Assembly (NCBI GenBank): GCA_033442325.1
Contig: JAWQFM010000009.1
Span: 1,688,178 to 1,752,177, forward strand
Reading direction: 5' to 3'
Source of the DNA: Salpingoeca rosetta
Taxonomy: Eukaryota; Protista; Choanoflagellata
DNA: 64,000 nt
The position numbers and the translations under genes were made by a program. This document shows positions 11,203-42,599 of the stretch, one piece after another; within the stretch, counting starts at the first letter, position 1; each line of letters starts with the position of its first letter. The notes beneath the pieces were generated by a model. The model had not been told where the DNA came from. It ran no database searches and saw only the letters and a program-made list of their open reading frames with translations.

Positions 11203-11579
11203 GTGTGCCCATGTGATGGAGTGCCTTGTGCAACGTTATAGGCTTGTGCTTACACCCTTGCTCCTCTGTCCTCTTGCACGCAAACACACACGCGCACAAC
11301 AAGCAGGAAGCTGGCATCGTGTTTGATGCGGAGTTTGAGGAGTGGCTGTCGACCAACAAGCTGCTGCCACACGTGCAAGGCGCACTGCACCAAGTTGGGG
11401 CCGCAGACTTTGATATGCTGACCGTGCTTGTGGACACGGGCGTGGTTGGTGCCGACAAGCTACAGGAAATGGGTGTTCGTGCTGGCCCTGCACACCTGTT
11501 CATGCAGCGCTTTGACGAGCATCGTGCAGCAGCCGATGTCCAGAACAAGGAGGGCGGTGGCTGCTGTGCCCTCATGTGA
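572..11579 (+). CDS. Multi-exon LRR-ankyrin-Roc-COR-TIR-SAM protein with C-terminal CaaX box (ROCO/TIR family)
   Basis: Exon 1 is 572-747. 84-nt LRR exons start at 919, 1147, 1430, 1720, 2190, 3050, 3288, 3542, 3813, (4068 damaged), 4334, 4612, 4881 and 5310. Cap/linker exons are 2492-2569, 2677-2772 and 5612-5689. Ankyrin exons are 5804-6026, 6155-6253 (GDTPLHVAC..., exactly 33 codons) and 6409-6546. The Roc domain has P-loop GQGRAGKTT and switch I HSTLG (6756-6986), and G3 [18 protein letters not shown] (7226-7764). COR ([15 protein letters not shown]) lies after the gap, to 9979. TIR begins KYDVFISYR|QRASSG...[10 protein letters not shown] (10225-10927). A Pro-rich exon is 11091-11165. The last exon 11307-11579 is SAM-like and ends GGGCCALM*. 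Confidence 0.85.
919..5393 (+). repeat. Array of 13 intact plus 1 damaged 84-nt (28-aa) RI/NLRC3-type LRR exons with repeated flanking introns
   Basis: Each exon runs ag|(C)CTG.....AAY...GCG TTG GCN GAG ATG CTG AAG CAC AAC ACG...CTC NN|gt. All are phase 2-2, with consensus [28 protein letters not shown]. Confidence 0.95.
1953..2677 (+). repeat. Copy 1 of a near-identical ~725-bp segmental duplication (copy 2 at 5073-5804)
   Basis: Base-for-base match at offset 3120, including introns, except a 7-nt insertion (TGAACTC) at about 5741 and a substitution near the 3' end. Confidence 0.95.
5073..5804 (+). repeat. Copy 2 of the ~725-bp duplication (last LRR exon plus C-cap exon)
   Basis: Matches 1953-2677. 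The ORF track lists identical peptides at 2050 and 5170, and at 2058 and 5178. Confidence 0.95.
8201..9022. other. Assembly gap (822 N) inside the Roc-COR coding region
   Basis: Run of n. The ~200 nt before it contain apparent single-base insertions typical of a low-quality read end. Confidence 0.99.
9023..9680 (+). repeat. In-frame tandem duplication (423-nt/141-aa period) in the COR domain
   Basis: 9023-9257 matches 9446-9680. [14 protein letters not shown]...LELQLVPA occurs twice in one frame. Confidence 0.9.
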
Positions 11580-11957
11580 CTGCACCGTCGCTTCTGTTGA
11601 ACTCGTGAACTTTCCGTTACAACTTCACATTATGTTACTTTCCGCTGCCGTCCGTTTGCTTTTTCGTACTTTCTGCCTTTCATGTCTGCTTTCATCGTTT
11701 GTCTTTGGCGCCCCCACGTCTACAATGGCACGTTGACTTGCCCAACTGGTGTGCAGCGCCGCGTTTCTTTGCGTTCGTGAAGGTTGGATGCCCTCTCCTT
11801 GTGTTGTCTTTGCTGCCACATGTGAGAATGCCACATTCCTGTTGCTTCTTTCCAAACAGTGCATGTATGTTACGTTCCACACCCGAGCCTGTGTTTTGTT
11901 GCTTTTCGTCTGGCCGTTCACTCCGGTGCTGCTTGCTCTTCTGTGCATGGGTGTGTG

Positions 11958-12026
<69 letters not shown>

Positions 12027-12591
12027 CATGTGTCACTCGCTTACGCTGCTCCACCAGCAAGTGCGTGTCACGCCTTTCCCCCTCTCTTCGTTCACGTTGC
12101 GCTGGTTGGTGCGCCTCCACCTTTCTGCTTCTGCGCCTGCCTGGCGAGTGTTATTTCGTCGCTTTCGTCACTTTCGTCGCTTTCGTCGCTTTCGTCGCGT
12201 TCGTTTCCCCGTTACCGCCGTGGCACCGCAGCGTCGCAGTAGATATGTACTCCACAGGCAACAAGCAGTCAAGCATGAACGCGTGGGGCCTGTGTGGTGT
12301 GGCGTCAGCAAGCGAGCTCGAGATTGCGTGCCTGCATGCATGCAATGCATGCTTTATGAGACTTGAATGGTTTATGACTTCACAAACGAGCAAAACAACA
12401 GCACATGGCTACGCAGAGAACAGCTGTGCTGCAGTTGGGAACATGCCTGCATGCGACCAGTGTTGCTGCTCCTTCAGCGCGAGTGGCAGTGTGTGACAAT
12501 AGACACACACACACTCTCTCTCTCTCTCACACACACTCACACACACACACAATTGCCTGGATGGAGAGAGAAAAAAAAAAAAAAACAAGTG

Positions 12592-12703
12592 CGACAACGG
12601 CAGGACATTCGACAGATCCCCAGCTGCAATGTGCTGGGGTTGCGCTTACGCATTGGCAGATTCGAACCTGCGCGTGCAGAGCACAACGGATTAGCAGTCC
12701 GTC
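12592..12703 (-). pseudogene. 5'-truncated tandem copy of the intron-containing tRNA-Ser(GCT)
   Basis: Anticodon arm, variable arm, T arm, a 55-nt intron (12660-12606), the 3' exon and a T15 tract are retained. The 5' acceptor strand and D-arm (A box) are replaced by unrelated sequence. Offset is about 180 bp from the intact copy. Confidence 0.75.
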
Positions 12704-12758
12704 GCAGCTTAGACACGAGACAGTGAAGGAGTGTGTGGGGAGTAGCCTGGATGGAGAG

Positions 12759-12765
12759 AAAAAAA
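12759..12765 (-). terminator. RNA polymerase III oligo-T terminator of tRNA-Ser
   Basis: T7 on the minus strand 6 nt after the discriminator base. The equivalent T15 lies at 12571-12585 after the second copy. Confidence 0.75.
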
Positions 12766-12771
12766 CAAGTG

Positions 12772-12906
12772 CGACAACGGCAGGACATTCGACAGATCCC
12801 CAGCTGCAATGTGCTGGGGTTGTGCTTGAATTGGCAGATTCGAACCTGCGCGTGCAGAGCACAACGGATTAGCAGTCCGTCACCTTAACCACTCGGCCAC
12901 GTTGTC
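12772..12906 (-). tRNA. tRNA-Ser(GCT): tRNA-Ser(GCT) with a 53-nt intron at T-loop position 59/60 (exon 1 12906-12839, intron 12838-12786, exon 2 12785-12772)
   Basis: Minus strand: GACAACG TG GCCGAGTGGTTAAGGT G ACGGA CTGCTAA TCCGT TGTGCTCTGCACGC GCAGG TTCGAA [53 nt] T CCTGC CGTTGTC G. It has a perfect 7-bp acceptor stem, 5-bp anticodon and T stems, a long variable arm and discriminator G73. Spliced length is 82 nt, and an oligo-T tract follows. Confidence 0.9.
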
Positions 12907-13063
12907 ATATGGCACTTCTTGTTGTTTTGGGGCGAATTTTTTGTTGTTGAACCTAAATCTGTATTCTTGGCTGAATGTTGTTTGCTGCAACAGCCACATC
13001 GCATTCATCCATCCAACCAACCAACCAACCATCCATCCAACTCAAGCAAGCAAGCAAGCAAGC

Positions 13064-15139
<2,076 letters not shown>

Positions 15140-15618
15140 TTGATTTCGTGGGTGTCGTGTTGTGCTTGCGTGCGATCCCCCCCCCCCCCTGCTTCCTGTT
15201 GTTGCGCTCCTCCTTGCATACTCTCCACTCACACCTTAGGCCCGGTCTTGCCACTTGCTCTGTCTGTCGCCTTGCATCAGCACGCACACACACACCACTG
15301 CTGCACAGCTCACAGTTTTGCCCATGACGCAAGCTGTCAAGTAAAAAATAATGCAAAGTCATTCGTGAAATTTCGATACCATCTTGCCATTGCCTTTCCG
15401 TTCCCCCGCTTCCCTTTCTTGGCTGGCTTGCTTACGCTGATCGCTTGCTTCTTGCTTGCTTGCTTGCTGTCTTCATTTCCAACAGCAGCCGATCACAGTT
15501 GTCATCACACCAGCACAAGTCAAGTCAAGCACACACAAGAAGCCATCAGCCACGCTTTGCGTTGAACGCTCTTCCCCTCCCTTGCTTGTCACCCTTCATC
15601 CAACCCACAACACCAGCC

Positions 15619-16662
15619 ATGGGCAAAGCCATTGTTGTTGGCGCTGACATCAGCGACCAGTCCCACGAGGCCCTCAAGTGGACTCTGGCAAACATGTATC
15701 AGGATGGCGACATCATCCATCTTGTCCACTGCTTCCGTCCTCTCCAGCCCGCCGTCGGCCCTCACTACAGCTACGTCCCCACAGAAGGTGCGTTTGCCCC
15801 TCATGCACGGAAGTGACAGAGCGAGAGTGAGGGTGAGAGCGAGGGTGAGTGAGTGAGAGTGAACGAAAAAGAAAAATGTTCAGGTCATACGGGTTCAAGA
15901 TCAGCACTGAGATGTTTGTGTTTGTGTTTGCTTTTTGCCATGATCCCATGTTGTGAACACAACACATCAGTCCATTGTGGGGTCACAATCACCAACCACG
16001 CCAAGTGAGTGTGCTCTTCTCCTCCTCCTTGAAACACGCCGCTTACGTTGATGCTGTTGTGTGTGCGTGCGCGTGTGTTTGTGATGGCTCGTGTGTTGCG
16101 CAGAGGAGCAGGCCAACTGGCGCCGCCAGCAGGCAAAGGTTCTTGAGGAGAACATGGTTGAGGCCAAGAAGCTCAAGGCCGATGTCCACTACAAGAGCGT
16201 CCTCATCGCCGGCGACCCACGTGACGAGATCATCGCCTACGGCGAGAAGGAGGGTGCCGTCGCCATCGTTGTTGGCAACCGCGGACGCGGCGCATTGAAG
16301 CGTGCTTTCCTGGTGCGTGTGTGTATGGTGTGCGTGCGTGTGTATGGTGCGTGTGTGTATGTGTGTGTATGTGTGTGTATGTGTGTGTGTGTGAGTGCAT
16401 GCACGCGCGTTGGCCTTTCGTTTTACCTCTGTGACTTGCGTGTAGCTTGTTCGTACGTGGCGCGGTGTGTGCGCCCCTTTTGCACACCAACCCGCTCAAA
16501 ACCAACCCACATCCACTTACCAACTCACACCCGCTCACTCCAAACCAACCCACGCACCACCACCACCACCCACAGGGCTCCGTGTCCAGCTACCTTGTGC
16601 ATCACAGCCAGAACATCCCTGTTGTTGTTGTCCACTGCAAGCACGAGGAGGAGTCCAAGTGA
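15619..16662 (+). CDS. Universal stress protein (UspA family)
   Basis: Exons 15619-15787, 16104-16312 and 16576-16662. IVVGADISDQSHEALKW...IHLVH...GDPRDEI...IVVGNRGRGALKRAFLGSVSSYLVHHS contains the USP ATP-binding G-x2-G-x9-G-S motif. Confidence 0.92.
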
Positions 16663-17144
16663 GACGCCCACTGCTTCTCACCCCAGTGGCGTCCTTCCCA
16701 CTCACCTGTCTTGTTCAAGTAGATCCCAACCTCACCTCTCCCTTGTTGTATCCCTCTTGGTAACTCTTCCTCTTCTCCCACCTTGTTTTTTTCCCACTTC
16801 CACTTCTGCATTCGCTTCCCCGTCATTGTGCGGCGCGTGCGTGTGGGAACCGTTAGCCCCTTTCTTCTTGTCCTTCGTTGGTTTCTTGCCCCCAACAACA
16901 ATGATGCTTGGTGTTGCACATGTTGTTCTGTTGCTTTCCTCATTCGCTCCATATCAGTTCCACACTGTGGCAACTTTGCTGTGTAATGTTGCTTGTGTGT
17001 CACCTTTGGTGGTGTCTTGTCTTGTGCAACACTTGTCAAGTGCATGCATTTGGCGCTGCGCACTCGTGCGTCCGTCAGACAAGTACATCATCATCATCAT
17101 ACAAGCACCAGGTCTCCACTGTCAACTTATATGTGAATGTGCGC

Positions 17145-17223
<79 letters not shown>

Positions 17224-17248
17224 AACGTTGTAACAACATGGCGTCTGG

Positions 17249-26191
<8,943 letters not shown>

Positions 26192-26276
26192 GGTTGCCGA
26201 TAACAGAGGGAAAATATGGTGATTCTTCCCAACTTACCTTGAACCAGAACAACAGAGCCAACAAGAAGCAAGCAAG

Positions 26277-27704
26277 ATGCTGGTTGGTGGTAACTCTGCG
26301 CCCACGATGCACCACCGCTCCCGCGCGTGTTGTTATTGGTGTTGGCTGCTTGTTGTGTCCATCGTTCTGTGTGCGCATGCTGTGGTCATGGTGTGTGTGT
26401 GTGTCGCACGCATCACCCTTCCTGGAGCAGCTCTCACGCGCGGCTCACACCTCTTGTCTCGCGTGCTCGTGCCACGTACACAACACAACCAGATTGCGGT
26501 GGAAGGCTGCTGCCACGGCGAGCTGGACAACATCTATGCGTCGCTGCAGGATGCGGAGCGGCAGACGGGGCAGCGCGTCGACCTCCTGCTCTGCTGCGGC
26601 GATTTCCAGGTGGGTGTCGGTAGCTCAATGGGCATGGTGAAGCAAATGCGTGCATGTGGTTGCGTGTATGTCGTGTATGTGGTGTGTGTGGTGTGTGTGG
26701 TGTGTGTGTGTGTGCTTGTGTGCTTGTGTGCATGGCGCGTTTACATCACCACTACTCACACTCGTGCTGTGCATGATGTCTATGATCTGTGCTCCCTCTT
26801 TCGTTTATGTGTGCCTTTTCAAGGCGGTGCGCAACCAGGCCGATCTCTCAACAATGGCTTGCCCAGACAAGTACAAGAGTATGCGAACCTTCTACAAGTA
26901 CTACAAGGGCGAGAAGGTGCGTGTGCGCGTGTGCGCCGATGCACGTGTTCATCGTTCGGTCTAGTGTGCAGCTGAGAAGTGCATCTCACATTGTCCACCA
27001 TACTATGTTGCGTGCGCGCCACTTGCCTCCTTTATCACCCACACCGCCTTTGCTCCCCTTCTCCTGTTCACAGAAAGCGCCTGTGCTGACTATCTTCATT
27101 GGCGGCAACCACGAGGCGAGCAACCACATGTGGGAGCTCCCTTACGGCGGATGGTAAGTCGCTCACAGAGAGACTGGGCCTGAGCCATCGTGTGTACGCC
27201 TGTGGGGTGTTTCTTGGTGGCGGTATTCTTTGATCTGTGTTGCCCGTGTAGTTTGGGATGTCCGTGTTGTCTGTGTTGTCTGTATCACGTCTTTGGCTGT
27301 ACCATTGGCATCGTGATGGCCCAACATGCATTCAAGCCACTCACTCGACTTACCCTTGCCACTCTACATCATCCCCTGCGATCACATCACTCGTTCACCA
27401 GGGTGGCGCCCAACATCTACTATCTTGGGTTTGGCGGCGTGGTGACTGTGAACGGCGTGCGAATTGGCGGGCTGAGCGGCATCTTCAACCACCGCCATTA
27501 CCATCTCGGTCGGTTTGTTGGTTTGCTCCACTTGTGGAAAGAAGGGGGTGTTGGGTGTTGCCCTTCGTCGCTGTGCCTACTGTGCCTGCTGTGGTCACGC
27601 GTAGCGGGTGCTCTGTATTTGCATGCACACACCTTAAAGCGGGCAAGCAGGCCCTCACTGTGTGTGTGTGCGTGTGTGTGTGTGCGTATGTATGTACGTA
27701 TGTA

Positions 27705-27761
<57 letters not shown>

Positions 27762-28072
27762 AGGCCATTCCGAGATGCCGCCGTTCACATCGGGTTCGCA
27801 GCGGAGCATCTACCACGTCCGCGAATTCGACGTAATCACCGCAATCGCGTTGCCTGAACCAATGACCACTTGCTTGTCGGTTTGTGCATGTGTGTGTGTG
27901 CATATGTGTGTGTGATGGATGTGCGTTGACACTGGGAGCACCACAACCTCAACCACCGCCACTGTGATTGCAGGTGTTTCAGCTGAAGCAGCTGTCCCGG
28001 CCTGTGGATGTGTTTCTCTCGCACGATTGGCCATCGCGCATCGCCCATCACGGCGACACAAACGCCCTCATC

Positions 28073-28148
<76 letters not shown>

Positions 28149-28278
28149 TCATGATGCTCCCTTGACGATTGCTTGCTGGACTGTTCCCTTCCTCAGTCAT
28201 TCATTCGCTCGTTCTTGCACACATGTGTGAGCAGACGGAAGCCGTTCCTCAAGGACGAAATCTACAACGAAACGCTTG
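26277..28278 (+). CDS. DBR1: RNA lariat debranching enzyme DBR1 (3' exons absent from this assembly)
   Basis: ML|[23 protein letters not shown]|[20 protein letters not shown]|[41 protein letters not shown]...LG. No downstream exon with the final HxH motif was found. Confidence 0.93.
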
Positions 28279-28435
28279 GTATTGCCGTTGCTGCTGCGTC
28301 GTGCCATCACCACACACCGTGTGCACATGTGGCGGCCCATACTTGCGTCCACTTTTTCTCACCTTTTCACTCACGTACATGCTCACATCACACACATTCA
28401 CACACACACACACACACATCCATACACACACGCAT

Positions 28436-28549
<114 letters not shown>

Positions 28550-28600
28550 TCACAACACAGCAGCACACAAACAAGTGTGAGGACGCCGCAGAAGACTCAC

Positions 28601-29378
28601 GTGGTGGGAGAGGAGAACCAAATCTGTTTGTTGGGGGTCTGCTTGTTGATGACATAAGTGCCATGCTCGTCCAGCGCCAGCGTCAGCACACCATTCTGCA
28701 TGACAGCAACAGCAACACGGTGAGGCGGACGAGTATGCATACACAGACACAGACATAAGTACAGACAGACAAAGACACAGACACAGACATAGGTACGCAT
28801 ACATCAACATACATGGACACACACGCATACGAACACCAACGCGAACGTCCATATTCACGCACACCCACACACACACCGATAGCGAGACGTCGTAGTTCTC
28901 TGAGCCCGTGGCACCGTCAATCAAGTCCTCGAATGTGTCGTGCATGGCATCCAACCACGCGTCCGCCAGCTTGTGATACTCGGGTGTTGTCAGTCTGCGG
29001 CGGTCGCAGCACCAGGATGGCAGAAGAGAGCCACATGAAGCGAACGCAGTGATACACGGAGAACATTACGCACGAAGCAGATGCAGTCACACACTAAAAA
29101 CACACACACACACACACGCACACACACACACACACATACACACACACATACACAGAGCACGCTTACGTGGAAGAGAGGCGAATGGCACGCAAGACACTTG
29201 TGCAGGGTGTTGTTGTCCTGCGTTGGAGGAGGGAGGGGTGCGCTGCAGAAGCCGGCATTGCTGCCAGCAACCTTGTGCTCCTCAGCTGACGACCTACCAG
29301 CCGCGTCCGCGCCCCTGCCCTCGCCACCCGACTCAGCAACACTGCCGCTCGTGACGCCGCTCGTCCACCACTCATCAT
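28601..29378 (-). CDS. FXN: Frataxin (mitochondrial iron/Fe-S protein), last exon missing
   Basis: An Arg/Ala/Ser-rich presequence exon (29378-29167), then [20 protein letters not shown]...YDVSLS, then [30 protein letters not shown], the frataxin signature. A GTGAGT donor at 28600 has no convincing downstream exon. Confidence 0.92.
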
Positions 29379-29472
29379 CGTCTGTCTGCTGCTGTTGTTG
29401 ACTTGACGTGCAAGAAAGAAATTAATGACGACTTTCAAGGCAGGCGCTTGAGCGCTGCTTTTGTGACAGACA

Positions 29473-29561
<89 letters not shown>

Positions 29562-30004
29562 CTCCGTTCTCTTTTGCCAACTTCCACAGCCGTGTGCCAG
29601 TATGTCGTTTACATGCATAACAGAAAGGACTACCCACGAAATAAGATGCTTGTCACATGCACTCAGCCGCATGCACATGCATACACACGTGTACACGAGC
29701 ATACGTTACATGCACACACACACACAATGCATATGCATGTAAGTGCAGCCAAGCAAACGGGACGCTATGCAGCACGCAGCTGATGGCTGCCTGACTTAAT
29801 GTTAGGGATCACATAACAGATAACACAAACCAGTCTCTGAGAAAGTATACAAGGGGGCCTTTGACTACGTGTGTAGGAGCAAGAAAGCGGGGGAAAGGAA
29901 CACCTGAGGAAGGGATGATGCATGTGCGTTGGCTTCGATCACATGCGACACCAAAATCATGTGCAATCATGCATGTCTACAACAAACTTGTCCACAGTCT
30001 CGCG

Positions 30005-32946
<2,942 letters not shown>

Positions 32947-33246
32947 AGTCGTGGTGGTGTGGTTTGGCTGACTCCACGAACTACTTTAAATGCTGTTGAG
33001 TGCCCACATATTCGCTCAAAACAAGTCTGTACGTGTTTGAAGGAAGTCTCTGAAACGGCGCTCCTGCCTGCCGCCGCTCGCTCAAACGCGTCCAAACGAA
33101 CAAGGCAAGAAGCGAGGCAAGAAGCGAGGCAACAAGGCAAGCCACCTCGCCTCTTGCCTTTCCTTGTGCACGGTTCCTCCAGCGCGGTTGTGCACTGCAT
33201 TCCCCCCACCAACAGCGCAGCCGATGCAGACCAAAGGAGGACCATC

Positions 33247-41185
<7,939 letters not shown>

Positions 41186-41258
41186 GGAGGTGGAGAGGGT
41201 CTCGGTCTAGTTTTTGTCGTTTGTCCGATGTTCCTCCCAAGGCGTACCCGTGTTCATG

Positions 41259-41317
<59 letters not shown>

Positions 41318-41617
41318 GCACACACACACACACACACACGCACACACACACACGCACACACACACACACACATGACTGTACAAGCAATATTTCCTGTTTT
41401 GCTTCCAACTGCTGTCCATACGCGTTTGTTTGCGTTGCCAAACATACGGCTGTGCATACACACCCGCACACGTGTGCGTTGTGTTGTTCATTTGGTTCCC
41501 GCTGAACACAACTTGTTCTTTTCTTCCACCTGGTGTATATCAGTCGACGTTGTCCTACCAACAGCAAAGTGCACACATGAAACCAAACTAGGGGAACAGC
41601 ACGGCTGGCCATCATCC

Positions 41618-41704
<87 letters not shown>

Positions 41705-41711
41705 CGGTTGG

Positions 41712-41925
41712 TTATGCTGTGATTGTGACGCCTGCGTCTGTGAGCGCGGCGCGCACCAGTCGGCCCCACTGCTTCTTGTCTTGAGTTGGTCTGCAAACGC
41801 GTCAAGCAACAGCAGCCCGTGTGAATCAAGAGGCACGCAAGGATGGCGGGAAGGGCTGATCAGAGCAACAGAATGAAGAGACAGAGAGAGAGAGAGAGGC
41901 ACACACACAGAGAGACACACAGAGA

Positions 41926-41969
<44 letters not shown>

Positions 41970-42501
41970 GAGGAACAGCAGCCGAAGCCACACAGCTTTG
42001 CACGAACGATACACGCACCTGAACACGAAGAAGGGGAGGGTAATGACGGTGTATCCCATGTTTTTCAGCAGATTCATCTTAAGTCGCGTGCGCCCGTTGG
42101 TGATGAGTGCGCTGTTCCGCATTGTCGCTGTGAGCGGAGCGCCGTCCCACCCGCGCTGTCATGTACACGTGGCATGAAGCAGTGGAGCAAGGGAAGCGTG
42201 TTATGAGGGACAAGCGTGTGTCAGTGTGTGTGTGTGTGTGTGCAATCTTGTGGGAAACGTGCATGGCGCCGCCAAACCACCATCACCCAACCCCCAATCA
42301 AGAAGCCATCTTCTCCTTTCCCTCCTTCTCGCCCTCGTCCTCCACCTGCTTGCAACGTACGGGATCAAAGTCGGCAGCAGCGCCATCGCGGATGCACTGC
42401 AGCGGGTCGTCCTGCGTGCACTTCCACCGCCGCTCACTCGCATCCTCATGTGGCACTTCCACAAAGTGCGTCAACCCATCAACCTGAGCACGCGCGCGCG
42501 C

Positions 42502-42599
<98 letters not shown>

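Noticed and set aside
12154-12205. 9-nt repeat (TTTCGTCGC)n giving an 'ATKATK' ORF
   Set aside because: Short intergenic simple repeat with no supporting splice structure or homology.
12592-12906. Permuted tRNA or CRISPR-like repeat interpretation of the tandem tRNA units
   Set aside because: The halves are in normal 5'-3' order, each unit ends in its own oligo-T tract, and no 5' half lies downstream of copy 2. There are only two units and no spacers or cas genes.
28249-28352. Minus-strand 'GRKYG...' as the missing last frataxin exon
   Set aside because: Only weak similarity to GPKRYD, a purine-rich acceptor, no conserved Trp or final helix, and it would overlap the DBR1 exon.
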